From contig CM126204.1 in assembly GCA_052327205.1 (NCBI GenBank), positions 59,024,001 to 59,088,000 of the forward strand: DNA of 64,000 nt, in the 5' to 3' direction. Source of the stretch: Somniosus microcephalus. Lineage: Eukaryota. Below the pieces are notes generated by a model. That model did not search any database, had not been told where the DNA came from, and saw only the letters and a list, made by a program, of their open reading frames with translations. Below are positions 24,659 through 38,309 of this stretch, piece after piece (position 1 is the first letter of the stretch; the number at the start of each line of letters is the position of its first letter). The translations under genes were made by a program, and so were the position numbers.

Positions 24659-27600
24659 ATGCCGAAGACTGGCTGTATCACTGCCTTTGATAATACAACA
24701 GAGGACTGGACCTCATATGTGGAAAGAGTCGAGGTATATTGCGAGGCAAATGAAATAGCCGATGAGAAAAAGGCATCGGTATTGCTAAACTTAATGGGCG
24801 CTAGAACGTACGGCCTATTGCGGGACCTGATTACTCCAGCCAAACCGAAGGCAAAGAGTTTTAACGAAATTGTTGCTGTCCTACAGGAACACCTAAACCC
24901 TGCACCGCTGCTGATAGCAGAAAGATTTAAATTCCACAGGAGAACTCAGCATAAAGATGAGAGCAATGCTGAGTACCTTACGGAACTACGCAAGCTATCA
25001 AAGCACTGCCAGTTCGGAGCAGGACTGGCAGATACCCTACGGGACAAATTTGTCTGTGGACTCCTGAGTGAAGGAACACAGAAGAAGTTACTCTCAGAGA
25101 AAGAGCTGATGCTAGATAAGGCTTTCAGCGTGGCAGTATCGTACGAAGCAGCAACCAGGGGAGCTGCAGAAATACAACAAAAGCCACAGGAATACGGCAC
25201 CCACGAAATGACACGGGGATTTGCAAAATGTTATCGCTGCGGCAGAACTAACCATGACCAGAAGGACTGCTGGTCCAAGGACAAAATATGCAGGCAATGC
25301 GGAAAGATGGGACACATTGCATGAGTTTTCAGGTCTGGGAAGAAGACCAGCGACAACAAAAAGGCTACTAAGGAACCGTACAAGAAAGTACAAAGGATGA
25401 TGGACAGTAGTTCCGAAGACCAGATGAGCGATAGTGAATCCGGGAACAAGAGACTAAGCTGTCTCAAACTTCACAATGTAATTGTAAAAGAGGATCACCG
25501 AACCATTTGGGTCACCCTCACGATAGCAGGGTCCCAAGTTAAAATGGAATTGGATACAGGATCAGCGCTAACCGTCATGAATCGATGAGACTACGAGCGG
25601 CTATTCTCACACATACCCTTGAGAGAGACATCCATCGTCTTGACGACATATACGGGGCAAAAAGTATACCCCAGAGGAAAAATAAGGGTGCCTGTCGAAT
25701 ACAACAGCAAGAAAATATGGAAATTGTATCTCTACATACTGCAAAATGGTGGACCACTGTTATTGGGACGTGAATGGATCAGGAAGATAAGCTTAGATTG
25801 GCACTCCATTCATGCAATGACGGTGGATGGTAAAAAAGATGAAGACGTCACTCCTGGACGATTGTCAACAATCTTAGCTAACGCCAAAGAGGTATTTCAA
25901 CAAGAACTGGGCGCTCTTAAAGGCGTAACCGCCTCGATAAAAATAGAAGAGAATGCAATTCCCAAGTTTTTCAAAGCAAGACCGGTACCATATGCAATCC
26001 GCCCAGCCGTCGAGGCAGAGCTAGAGAATCTGGAGAAGGCAGGCGTGTTGTCTAAGGTCGACTGGAGCGAGTGGGCGACACCCATCGTTCCTGTCATGAA
26101 GAAAACGTTAAGCAATAAGTCTGAGGAGCCAAGGAAGGTTCGCATCTGTGGGGACTTCAAGGTGACGGTGAACCCAGTCCTTCACACAGTACAATATCCT
26201 CTTCCAAGGATAGAAGACATCTTCGCCTCACTATCTGGAGGGAAGCGTTTTACAAAAATTGACCTAGCACAAGCATATTTGCAGATGGAGGTTGAAGAAT
26301 CCTTTAGGAAGTATCTCACGATAAACACTCACAAAGGTCTTTACCAGTATCATCGATTGGTATTCGGAGTAGCATCGGCTCCGGCGATATGGCAAGGAGC
26401 GATGGAACAAGTCCTGCAAGGGATTCCGGGGACTCAGTGTTACTTGGACGACATCCTTGTGACAGGTGAAGATGACAGTGAACACCTTAACAACCTAGAA
26501 CAGGTGCTCACTAGACTACGGGAACACGGGCTACGAGCCAACCGCCCCAAGTGCGAGTTTTTTAAGAAACAGATATCGTATTGTGGCCACGTGATTGATG
26601 AAGAGGGGTTACATAAGTCCCCTGACAAAATTGAAGCGGTTGTTAAGGCCCCAGCGCCTGAAAATGTGTCGCAACTGAGGTCATTCCTCGGATTGGTGAA
26701 TTACTACCATAAGTTTTTACCGAATTTGTCCACAATTCTGCACCCACTGAACGCCCTACTACGAACGGGAGTAGCATGGAAATGGAGCAATGACTGTAAG
26801 CAGGCCTTTCAGAAGAGTAAGGACTTAATCACTTCAAGAGAAGTATTGGCTCACTACAACACAGCACTGCCGATCAGACTGGCGTGTGATGCATCTCCCT
26901 ACGGCATTGGGGCGGTACTGTCACGTAAATTCCTTGATGGTTTAGAGAGGCCGATAGCTTTTGCGTCACGCTCGTTAACTTCTGCCGAGCGTAACTATGC
27001 CCAGATTGACAGAGAGGCCCTCAGCCTAGTGTGGGGGGTGAAGAAGTTCAATCACGACCTGCACGGTCAAAAATTTACTCTACTAACTGATCATCAACCT
27101 CTTGTCTCTATTTTCAACCCTCAGAAGGGCGTACCGATAATGACAGCGCAACGGCTGCAGAGGTGGTCCCTTTTCCTAGGGGCACACCAATATGACATCG
27201 AGTACAAAGGAACTAAACAGCATGGGAATGCTGATAGATTGTCGCGCCTACCGTTGCCGACAGTGGAAGAAGACCTTGCAGTGGATCCAATGGAGATATT
27301 CCACTCGACCATAGTCGAATGTCTCCCTGTGACGAATGCAAACATAGAAAAGGAAACACGAAATGACCCGACACTCTCCTGGGTCTATGATTTAATGGGG
27401 AAGGGATGGCCAGCACATGGTGAACCACTGCTGCCAGCATTCTCGCTGAGAAGAGAAGAACTGTCAGTGTGCAGAGGAACCTTGATGTGCGGATCCAGAG
27501 TAGTAATTCCACCCAAATTGCAGGACAGAGTGCTCAATGAGCTTCATGAGGGTCATCTGGGAGGGGTAAAAATGAAGAACTTAGCCAGAGCGTTTGTGTG

Positions 27601-29758
27601 GTGGCCGGGAATCGATAGAGAAATCGAAGAGATGACCAAGAGCTGTACAGGATGCCAGAAGTTCCAAAACGCCCCACCACAAGCTCCTCTACATCCATGG
27701 GAGTCGCCCTCACCTCCATGGCAAAGGGTGCACATTGATTTTGCTGGTCCCTTCATGGACTCGATGTTTTCAATTGCGGTGGATGCACATTCAAAGTGGC
27801 CAGAGGTAATAAAAATGTCCTCAACCACCACAGAAAAAACTATCACAGTTTTACGAACCATATTCGCCAGGAATGGGCTGCCTGAACAGATTTGCTCTGA
27901 CAATGGACCACAGTTTGTGTCTGAAGAGTTCCGGAGGTTAACATAAGAACATAAGAACATAAGAACTAGGAGCAGGAGTAGGCCAATCGGCCCCTCGAGC
28001 CTGCTCCGCCATTCAATAAGATCATGGCTGATCTGATCCTAACCGCCAATCCACTATCACAGAACCATCTCCTGAATCTAACAGAATTAGACACACGAAA
28101 TAGGAGCAGGATCAGGCTACACGGCCCCTGGGCCCGATCCGCTACCCACAGGGGCATGACCGATCCGAACCTAGACTCATGTTCAAATTCCTGCCCGCTC
28201 CCCGTAACCCTTAATTCCCTTTACTTCTAGGAAACTGTCTATTTCTGTTTTAAATTTATGTAATGATGTAGCTTCTACAGCTTTTTGGGGCAGCATATTC
28301 CATGGACCTACCACCCTCTGAGTGAAGTAGTTCCTCCTCATCTCAGTTTTGAAAGAGCAGCCCCTTATTCTAAGACTATGCCCCCTAGTTCTAGTTTCAC
28401 CCATCATCGGGAACATCTTCCCCGCATCCACCCGATCCGACCCCTTCACAATCTTATATGTTTCAATAAGATCGCCTCTCATTCTTCTGAACTCCAATGA
28501 GTAGAGTCCCAATCTACTCAACCTCTCCTCATATGTCCATCCCCTCATCCCCGGGATTAACCGAGTGAACCTTCTTTGTACTGACTCGAGAGCAAGTATG
28601 TCCTTTCTTAAGTATGGACACCAAAACTGTACGCAGTATTCCAGGTGCGGCCTCACCAATACCTTGTACAACTGAAGCAATACCTCCCTATTTTTATATT
28701 CTATCCCCCTAGCAATGAAAGCCAACATTCCATTGGCCTTCTTAATCACTTGCTGCACCTGCATACTAACCTTTTGAGTTTCGTGCACCAGGACCCCCAG
28801 ATCCCTTTGTACTTCAGTACTTTCCAGTTTCTTGCCATTAAGATAATAACTTGCTCTACGATTTTTCCTGCCAAAGTGCATAACCTCACACTTTCCAGTA
28901 TTGTATTCCATCTGCCAAATCTCTGCCCACTTACTTAGCCTGTCGATGTCCCCTTGCAGGTTTTTTATGTCCTCCTCACTCACTACTTTCCCTCCCATCT
29001 TAGTATCATCTGCAAACTTTGATATGTTACACTCGGTCCCCTCCTCCAAATCGTTAATATAGATTGTAAAGAGTTGGGGACCCAGCACTGACCCCTGCGG
29101 AACACCACTAGTTACTGATTGCCAGTCTGAGAATGAACCATTTATCCCAACTCTCTGCCTTCTGTTAGATAGCCAATCCTCTATCCATGCCAGAATATTA
29201 CCCCCAATCCCGTGATTTTTTATCTTAAGCAATAATCTTTTGAGTGGCACCTTATCAAATGCCTTTTGGAAGTCTAAATACACTACGTCCACTGGTTCCC
29301 CTTTATCCACCCTATACGTGGATTTGGTTAAGCCAAATGTCCGAAGAGATGTGGAGAACAGGCAGTTTCAGAATATGAATGAAAGGCCGACCAGGAGTTT
29401 TAAGATAGGTCAACCAGTTTTGGCCCGGGACTACCGCACTGAGGAATGGCAGCCAGGAACGATTTGTACATGGCAAGGACCTCTCATGTATACCGTGGAC
29501 GTTGGAGAGAGCATTGTAAGACGCCATGCTGACCAGATTCTAGAGTCACTGGAAAACGTCAACTCCACACCACGATCTGATACACCTGGCAATGAAATCG
29601 ACGTACCAATTGCAGCTACCGCAGAATCGGTGATATTGGAAGCAGATGAACCAAACAACGACATGGATCCAGACTCAACCTTGCCAGAAGAACCTGATAT
29701 TCCAAAGAGGCGTTATCCAGACAGAATCAGGAAGCCTCCTCAAAGACTGAACTTATAA
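24659..29758 (+). pseudogene. gag-pol of B2 (stops at 25322 and 25586, CR1 insertion in integrase)
   Basis: ORF pieces 24659-25324, 25397-25588, 25619-27946, 29240-29758; YLDD, HIDFAGP, ends PPQRLNL. Confidence 0.92.
27941..29318 (-). mobile_element. 5'-truncated CR1 LINE
   Basis: ORF 28183-29310 YLDFQKAFD, GVPQGSVLGP, FADD; (acataaga)n tail at left end. Confidence 0.95.
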
Positions 29759-31459
29759 TTGCTTAACCTCAACCAATGTATCGAGCAACCGTAATTGTGA
29801 TTGTAATTAGTTATCATTTAGTTGTTAAATTAATGTTATGTACTGTTTATCTAAAAGGGGAGGAATTGTTGTGTATGTACCTTTAAGGGAATAACTGGTC
29901 TCAGACTGCAGTACCAGCAGTGACCACCCCTGTATAAAAGGCGCTAGCAAGCCTCTGTAGTTTCAGTTACCCGATTGACTCCATTCAGTAAAGACTTGTT
30001 TAAATCAACTCCTGCTGTCCGTGTCTCAATTATACACGGACATAATAATATCTTCTTCATCCTTGGCTAATGACACACTTGTGCAGCCATTCACAGAAGC
30101 TGAAAAGGAAATCAATGAAGCCCATGCAACCACCAGCATGATTACTGAATGTACATTTGGGATCTTGAAGCATCGCCTCATGTGCCTGGACATACTGGAG
30201 TACATGACAGTACAGCCTACACAAGAGCTCCAGGACCACCAGTGTCTGTTGCATGCTCCATAACTTTGCTGTACAAAGAGGCCTAACCACTGAGGAGGAG
30301 GAGGTCACTCCAGAAACAATTCCAGACCAGGAGGCAGACAGTGAGCATTAGGATGTAACTTCTGAAATACCAGCACAGCCAGGGAGACTGATGCACCAGA
30401 CACTCAAACAAGATACATTTAACTGAGTGCCTGAGCTGGCCCTTTAAGGACCTCTCCTGTTCAAATGTACGAAATAAATTAACCAAAACTCTTCAGTGAT
30501 ACTGTCCTCTGCATTTCCACAACTAACGTCAATGCTCATCTTTTTCTGTGCTGCTATCTTATTGTGCACAATCAAAGACAATCTGTAAGTCATCAGACAC
30601 AACCTCTTCAACTAATTATCTCCAGCTTGCAGGCTGTGCATATGTGTGCTGGTGCTTGGCAAATGTGATGAGAATGATGCAGGGTGCTGTGCGGTGCTGG
30701 TTTACTTATGGACCTTAGCTGCGCATCAGTCTGTTGTTCCAGGTTGACAAAAACAGGAGAGGAACACTGTGCCAAAATGCTGCTGCAAAGAAGCATCTTC
30801 AAATAGTCATTGCCCTGCAATATAGAAGACAGAATGTTGGAGGGGAGTCACAAGGCAGAATGTTGGAGGGGAGTCATAATGCAAGATGGGGGGGGAGGGT
30901 AGTCACAAGGCAGGATGGTGTGTGATGTTGTTGAAATTAAGAATATGCCTGGTTATCAATATGAGATTTGAGCTTCGGGAAGACAATTAGTGTCACTGAC
31001 TTCTATTCTCTTGATGCTCCAGCCAAGTGATGTCCAGGGTGGCCTCCTCAAATGGAGTCAAGGGCATATAATGCCTGGGACTTCCTTCAAGATCTGGCTT
31101 GCTCCCTATTATGTGGCACCTTATCCTGCAAGCAACCTTGAGCTGTTGCTAGTTTAGGTCATGCAGACAATAATACACAGCTATCCATTCTCTAGGTCAC
31201 CTTGCCTAAGTGAACCAATAAATAGGCATCATACAGCTAGGTTGGCACATAAGACTTTCATGTGTGAAATTTAAAATTTTTGGGTGTCCACAGTCTGATT
31301 TGTACAGTTGCTGTTTGGCACAGTAAGCATCTGGTGGCCTGCTTCTTTTTGGTGGCACCTCACAAGATAAATGTCTATTAATGGTTCTGATGATTCGGCA
31401 CAAAATGCTGTACGCTTTGTTGAGTGCTGATGTAGGGCAGGTGTTCCGCATTCTAAACT

Positions 31460-31690
31460 GTACTTGAGATTTACCTTAGCTGCTTCCTTGAGGTCAGCCA
31501 TCTGTTTCCTCATATCTGTATAGCTCCACTTTGTTCTGCAGACTGTGTTCACTCTGCTATTTGGTACAAGCCTGCTGGGCTAAATGCTCCTGGGGAGGGT
31601 GGCCTTCAGTCCCCAACAGACCTGCCCTCCTGTTTCTTACTATTTGAATCAGGTTTCCAGTATCTGTTCTTTATGACAACTCTTGCAAAC
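31460..31690 (-). pseudogene. Harbinger Myb/SANT-like ORF remnant
   Basis: LETLIQIVRNRRAGLLG...QIA..VNTVCRTKWS...MRKQMADLKEAAK resembles Myb/SANT-like domains; convergent with the transposase remnant upstream. Confidence 0.6.
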
Positions 31691-32009
31691 TTTTGATGCC
31701 TGGATTTTACAGAAGTGTCACTGGGTAAACACCAGACCAACTCTTCCTGTACAAGTGCCGAGTTGAAATGCCTGCCTGAATGCATCTAATAGCTGCTCAG
31801 CCTTGTTATTACTTCTGGCACTCCATTGGTCAGCCCATTGTGCTGGTGTTGTAACATGGGATGAAACCAGTGATATTGGGGTTATTAAATAGGCAGAAAT
31901 TTTCCTAGAAACTTTTAAGTAACTTACAGTGAACCTCTGAATAGAGCCAACACCAGTTTTTAGGCCATACTCGCTCCATCTGTTACGCTACAGAGCTGAC
32001 ATAGCTATC

Positions 32010-32600
32010 ATTTGGGTAACCGCTTTGCAGAACACCTCCGTTCAGTCCGCAAGCGTGACCCCGAGCTTCCAGTCGCCTGTCATTTTAATTCTCCGCCCGG
32101 CTCCCACTCTGTCCTCAGCCTCCTACCCTGTTCCAGTGAAGCTCAACGTAAGCTTGAGGAACAGCACCTCACCTTTCGATTAGGCATTTTACAGCCTTCT
32201 GCACTCAACATTGAGTTCAACAATTTCAGATCATAACCTCTGCCCCCATTTTTTCAGATGGCAGCTGATGCTGATGATTCTGATATTCCCATTTACACCT
32301 CCTCTAGACCCATCTTTTGTTTCTTTACTTGTCCCATTACCATCTCCTTTCACCTTGCACCATCATCCATTTTGTCATTTAATCTCTCCTGCCCTCTGCC
32401 CTATCACAGACCTTCCCTTTTGTTCTTTCCTCCCCTCCCCCTTTTCCTTGTCTGTCCTTGCTTAAAACCTATTACTGTACATCTCTAACCTTTTCCAGTT
32501 CTGATGAAAGGTCATCAATCTGAAATGTTAAACTCTGTTTCTCTCTCCACAGATGCTGCCTGACCTGCTGAGTATTTCCAGCATTTTCTGTTTTTATTTT
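32010..32600 (+). mobile_element. Penelope-like element 3' fragment with degenerate hammerhead motif
   Basis: RFAEHLRSV..PVACHFN..RKLEEQHL.FRLG; ctgatga-aaggtc..atct-gaaa near 32501-32525. Confidence 0.82.
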
Positions 32601-33110
32601 AGCTATCATTTTGGTCTTAAATCTAGAATTTATGAGCCAATTATTGGTCACCTTCTCCTGACATGGTACTTCATACATTGTAACAGTCTTTAATTTGTAT
32701 CTTGACTTAATCACATTGAATTATTTGCAATTAATTCCTAAAATGAATTATTAGCAAGGATGTAATACAGCGTATGTAAAATAAAATACATCAGGAGCAA
32801 AGCCTATAATAGGCCACCAGTTCAACAGGCTGAATCTGACACAGCCTCAACTGGAACAAAAATCAGACAACTGTCGTGCTTCTTGCAAATAAAAGGTACC
32901 CTTCCCCCAAACACAAGACAGAAGGCCAGTTTTACAGCTACAATCTTCCATGTATGCCATTTTTGGAAATGGTACTGAAAGTTTTGAGTGTTTGCTGATG
33001 ACGATTTGTCCATCATTGTCGATGACGACAGCCTATGATTCGCTTCCAATTTACTACATATGTAAGAAGTCACACAACACCAGGTTATAGTCCAACAGTT
33101 TTATTTGAAA

Positions 33111-33147
33111 TCACAAGCTTTCGGAGCGCTGCTCCTTCATCAGGTGA
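33111..33147 (-). ncRNA. Minimal type I hammerhead ribozyme
   Basis: Minus strand tcac-CTGATGA-a-GGAGC-agc-GCTCC-GAAA-GC-TT-gtga: intact core, stems I/II, palindromic AGCT stem III. Confidence 0.8.
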
Positions 33148-34915
33148 AGTGGAGAGATGCATAAAGACACAGCTTATATAGTCAGAGAATAATGCCAGAT
33201 GATTACAGGTAATCTTTCCAACTGCCATTTATCACACCTCGGCAGAGAGATAATCACAGCAATCAAAGGTGTGAATGGTGTCCAAACAGGTTAGTCAGGA
33301 AAACATTACATCAAAGAACAATGAGGTGGGGTCACAAGGGGTCAAATGTTGCAGATGCTGGGGTCTGTATGAAAAACAAAAAACAGACAAAAAAACATTT
33401 TTTTTTGCTGGAAATCACAGCAGGTCCGGCCACATCTGTGTAGAGAGAACAAGCCAACGACGACTCGAGTCTGGATGACCCTACGTCAGGTGGGGTTACA
33501 TGTAGCGTGACATGAACCCAAGATCCCGGCTGAGGCCGTCCTCATGAGTGCGGAACTTGGCTATCAGTTTCTGCTCTACGATTTTGCGTTGTCGTGTATC
33601 TCGAAGGCCGCCTTGGAGAATGCTTACCCGAAGATCGGAGGCTGAATGGCCTTGACTGCTGAAGTGTTCCCCAACTGGGAGGGAACACTCCTGCCTGGCG
33701 ATTGTTGCGCGGTGTCCGTTCATCCGTTGTCGCAGTGTCTGCATGGTCTCGCCGATGTACCATGCTCCGGGGCATCCTTTCCTGCAACGTATGAGGTAGA
33801 CAACGTTGGCCGAGCCACATGAGTATGTACTATGTACCTGGTGGGTGGTGTCCTCACGTGTGATGATGGTATCTGTGTTGATGATCTGGCATGTCTTGCA
33901 GAGGTTGCCGTGGCAGGGTTGTGTGGTGTCGTGGTCGCTGTTCTCCAGAAAGCTGGGTAATTTGCTGCGAACGATGGTCTGTTTGAGGTTAGGCGGCTGT
34001 TTGAAGGCGAGTAGTGGAGGCATGGGGATAGCCTTAGCGAGGTGTTCGTCGTCATCGATGACATGTTGAAGGCTGCGAAGAACATGGCGTAGTTTCTCCG
34101 CTCCGGGGAAGTACTGGGCGACGAAGGGTACTCTGTTGGTTGTGACCCGTGTTTGTCTTCTGAGGAGGTCTATGTGATTTTTTGCTGTGGCCTGTCGGAA
34201 CTGTCGATCGACGAGTCGAGCGTCATATCCCGTTCTTACGAGGGCATCTTTCAGCGTCGGTAGGTGTCCATCACGTTCCTCCTCGTCTGAGCAGATCCTG
34301 TGTATTCGCAGGGCTTGTCCATAGGGGACGGCTTCTTTAACGTGGTTAGGGTGGAAGCTGGAGAAGTGGAGCATCCTGAGGTTGTCCGTGGGCTTGCGGT
34401 AGAGTGAAGTGCTGAGGTGTCCGTCTTTGATGGAGATTCGTGTGTCCAAGAATGAAACCGATTCTGAGGAGTAGTCCATGGTGAGTTTGATGGTGGGATG
34501 GAACTTGTTGATGTTATCGTGTAGTCTTTTCAGTGATTCTTCGCCGTGGGTCCATAGGAAGAAAATGTCATCGATGTATCTGGTGTATAGCATTGGTTGG
34601 AGGTCCTGTGCAGTGAAGAAGTCTTGCTCGAACTTGTGCATGAAGATGTTGGCGTACTGGGGTGCGAATTTGGTCCCCATGGCTGTTCCGTGTGTTTGGC
34701 TAAAGAACTGGTTGTCGAAGGTGAAGACATTGTGGTCAAGGATGAAGCGGATGAGTTGTAGGATGGCGTCAGGAGATTGGCTGTTGTTGGTGTTGAGCAC
34801 TGAGGCTGTCGCAGCGATGCCGTCCTCGTGGGGGATACTGGTATAGAGTGCCGAGACGTCCATCGTGGCGAGGAGTGTTCCTGGTTCAACTGGTCTGTGT
34901 GCTGAGTTTCTCTGC

Positions 34916-36317
34916 TGAGGCTCACTGAGGCCAGTGAGCCTAACATCTGTGGTAGGGAAATTATTGGAAAAAATTCTGAGGGACAAAATTAGTCTCCACT
35001 TGGAGAGGCAAGGATTAATCGGGGATAGTCAGCATGGCTTTGTCAAGGGTAAATCATGTCTGACCAATCTGATTGAATTTTTCGAGGGGGTGACTAGGTG
35101 TGTGGATGAGGGAAATGCTGTGGATGTGGTTTACATGGACTTCAGTAAAGCTTTTGACAAAGTCCCGCATAGGAGACTGGTCAAGAAGGTAAGAGCCCAT
35201 GGGATCCAGGGTGCCTTGGAGCATTGGATCCTAAACTGGCTGAGTGGCAGGAGGCAGAGGGTGATGGTCGAAGGTTGTTTCTGTGACTGGAAGCCTGTGT
35301 CCAGTGGGGTACCTCAGGGATCGGTGCTGGGTCCCTTGCTGTTTGTGATATACATAAATGATTTGGATGAGAATGTAAAAGGTATGATCAGTAAGTTCGC
35401 AGATGACACGAAAATTGGTGGGGTGGTAAATTGCGAGGAGGAAAGCCTCAGGCTACAGGACGATATAAACGGGTTGGTCAGATGGGCGAAAAAGTGGCAA
35501 ATGGAATTTAACCCTGAAAAGTGCGAGGTGATGCATTTTGGACGGACAAATAAGGCAAGGGAATACACAATGAGTGGTAGGACCCTAGGAAGTACAGAGG
35601 GTCAGAGGGACCTTGGTGTACATAGATCCCTAAAGGCAGCGGAACAGGTAGATAAGGTGGTTAAAAAGGCATATGGGATACTTGCCTTCATTAGCCGAGG
35701 CATAGAATATAAGAGCAGGGAGGTTATGATGGAGCTGTACAAAACGCTGGTGAGGCCACAGCTGGAGTACTGTGTGCAGTTCTGGTCGCCTCACTATAGG
35801 AAGGATGTGATTGCTTTGGAGAGGGTGCAGAGAAGATTCACCAGGATGTTACCTGGGATGGAGCGCCTCAGCTATGAAGAAAGGCTAAACAGGCTGGGGT
35901 TGTTTTCCTTGGAGCAAAGAAGGCTGAGGGGGGACCTGATTGAGGTGTACAAAATGATGAGGGGCATAGATAGGGTAGATAAAGAGGAACTTTTCCCCTT
36001 AGTGGGGGGGTCAATAACAAGGGGGCATAGATTCAGGGTAAGGGGCAGGAGATTTAGAGGGGACTTGAGGAGGAACTTTTTCACCCAGAGGGTGGTTGGA
36101 ATCTGGAACTCACTGCCTGAAAGGGTGGTAGAGGCAGGAACCCTCACAACATTCAAGAAGCATTTGGATGAGCACTTGAAATGCCATTGCATACAAGGCT
36201 ATGGACCAAATGCTGGAAAATGGGATTAGACTGGACAGGGATTGATGGACGGCGCAGACACGATGGGCTGAAGGGCCTCTTTCTGTGCTGTAAAACTCTA
36301 TGACTCTATGACTCTAA
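34916..36317 (+). mobile_element. 5'-truncated CR1 LINE inside the Penelope-like element
   Basis: ORF 34934-36229 SQHGF, YMDFSKAFD, GVPQG, FADD; (actctatg)n tail. Confidence 0.95.
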
Positions 36318-36707
36318 GTCTGTAGTGTCACGACAGAAGCTGGGGGTTCCCTGTACCATGGGTTTCAGGATACCCTCGACATATCCAGAGAGGTTCTCAC
36401 ACAGGATTCATCAGCCGCACTCAAATGACAGTCCAGAATGTCACCCGAGCACAACGCAACGCCATCCACGCTCTCAAGACCAACCGCAACATCGTCATCA
36501 AACCAGCAGACAAAGGAGGAGTCATCGTCATACAGAACAGAACGGACTATTCCAAAGAAGCATACTGACAACTGGACAACCAGGAACACTACAGAGTTAC
36601 CCGCAGATCCGACCAAAGAACACACCCGCCAACTCAACAGACTGATCAAGACCTTCGATCCAGACCTTTAAAGCATCCTACGCACTCTCATCCCACGTAC
36701 TCCCCGC

Positions 36708-38309
36708 GTGGGAGACTTCTACTGCCTCCCAAAGATACACAAAGCCAACACACCCGGACGTCCTATTGTATCAGGCAATGGAGCCCTGTGTGAGAACCTC
36801 TCTGGATACGTCGAGGGCATCCTGAAACCCATCGTACAGGGAACCCCCAGCTTCTGTCGCGACACTACAGACTTCTTACAGAAACTCAGCACCCACGGAC
36901 CATTTGAACCAGGAACACTCCTCGCCACGATGGACATCTCGGCACTCTACACCAGTATCCCCCACGATGACAGCATTGCTGCGACAGCCTCAGTGCTCAA
37001 CACCAACAACAGCCAATCTCCAGACGCCATCCTACAACTCATCCACTTCATCCTTGACCACAATGTCTTCACCTTCGACAACCAGTTCTTTACCCAAACA
37101 CACGGATCAGCCATGGGGACCAAATTCGCACCCCAATACGCCAACATCTTCATGCACAAGTTCGAGCCAGACTTCTTCGCTGCACAGGACCTCCAACCAA
37201 CGCTATACACCAGATACATCGATGACATTTTCTTCCTATGGACCCACGGCGAAGAATCACTGAAAAGATTACACGATAACTTCAACAAGTTCCATCCCAC
37301 CATCAAACTCACCATGGACTACTCCTCAGAATCGGTTTCATTCTTGGACACACGAATCTCCATCAAAGACGGACACCTCAGCACTTCACTCTACCGCAAG
37401 CCCACAGACAACCTCAGGATGCTCCACTTCCCCAGCTTCCACCCTAACCATGTTAAAGAAGCCATCCCCTATGGACAAGCCCTGCGAATACACAGGATCT
37501 GCTCAGACGAGGAGGAACGTGATGGACACCTACAGACGCTGAAAGACGCCCTCGTAAGAACGGGATATGATGCTCAACTCGTTGATCGACAGTTCCGACG
37601 GGCCACAGCAAAAAATCGCATCGACCTCCTCAGAAGACAAACACGGGACACAACCAACAGAGTACCCTTCGTCATCCAGTACTTCCCCGGAGCGGAGAAA
37701 CTACGCCATGTTCTTCGCAGCCTTCAACATGTCATCGATGATGATGAACACCTCGCTAAGGCTATCCCCACGCCTCCACTACTCACCTTCAAACAGCCGC
37801 CTAACCTCAAACAGACCATCGTTCGCAGCAAATTATCCAGCTTTCAGGAGAACAACGATCACGACACCACACAACCCTGCCACGGCAACCTTTGCAAGAC
37901 ATGCCAGATCATCAACACAAATACCATCATCACACGTGAGGACACCACCCACCAGATACATGGTACATACTCATGTGACTCGGCCAACGTTGTCTACCTC
38001 ATACGTTGCAGGAAAGGATGCCCCGGAGCATGGTACATCGGCGAGACCATGCAGACACTGCGACAACGGATGAACGGACACCGCGCAACAATTGCCAGGC
38101 AGGAGTGTTACCTCCCAGTCGGGGAACACTTCAGCAGTCAAGGACATTCAGCCTCCGATCTTCGGGTAAGCATTCTCCAAGGCGGCCTTCGAGACACACG
38201 ACAATGCAAAATCGTAGAGCAGAAACTGATAGCCAAGTTCCGCGCACTCATGAGGACGGCCTCAACCGGGATCTTGGGTTCATGTCACGCTACATGTAAC
38301 CCCACCTGA
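36708..38309 (+). CDS. Penelope-like RT + GIY-YIG endonuclease (5'-truncated, terminal frameshift)
   Basis: FYCLPKIHK..PGRPIVS, DISALYT, GSAMG, RYIDD, SFLD, CKTC, YIGET. Confidence 0.85.
   Translation: MGDFYCLPKIHKANTPGRPIVSGNGALCENLSGYVEGILKPIVQGTPSFCRDTTDFLQKLSTHGPFEPGTLLATMDISALYTSIPHDDSIAATASVLNTNNSQSPDAILQLIHFILDHNVFTFDNQFFTQTHGSAMGTKFAPQYANIFMHKFEPDFFAAQDLQPTLYTRYIDDIFFLWTHGEESLKRLHDNFNKFHPTIKLTMDYSSESVSFLDTRISIKDGHLSTSLYRKPTDNLRMLHFPSFHPNHVKEAIPYGQALRIHRICSDEEERDGHLQTLKDALVRTGYDAQLVDRQFRRATAKNRIDLLRRQTRDTTNRVPFVIQYFPGAEKLRHVLRSLQHVIDDDEHLAKAIPTPPLLTFKQPPNLKQTIVRSKLSSFQENNDHDTTQPCHGNLCKTCQIINTNTIITREDTTHQIHGTYSCDSANVVYLIRCRKGCPGAWYIGETMQTLRQRMNGHRATIARQECYLPVGEHFSSQGHSASDLRVSILQGGLRDTRQCKIVEQKLIAKFRALMRTASTGILGSCHATCNPT

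Larger units (their letters stand above)
23829..30047 (+). mobile_element. Gypsy LTR retrotransposon B2 (Mag-like), defective, CR1-interrupted
   Basis: 181-bp LTRs 23829-24009 and 29867-30047 (about 6 differences); TSD atatc; PBS tggcgacgag 24011-24020; PPT aaaaggggagga. Confidence 0.96.
23630..30420 (+). pseudogene. Harbinger (HARBI1-like) transposase remnant split by Gypsy B2
   Basis: YMNR..SINVQLV...WFQGDQRY|LLHPWLMT...FTEAEKEINEAHATT..ITECTFGILKHRLMCL reads across the B2 insertion site. Confidence 0.8.

Noticed and set aside
34916-34940. Small palindrome ggctcactg-aggc-cagtgagcc at the CR1 5' junction
   Set aside because: Most likely a short 5' inversion or fold-back during CR1 integration; no wider significance evident.
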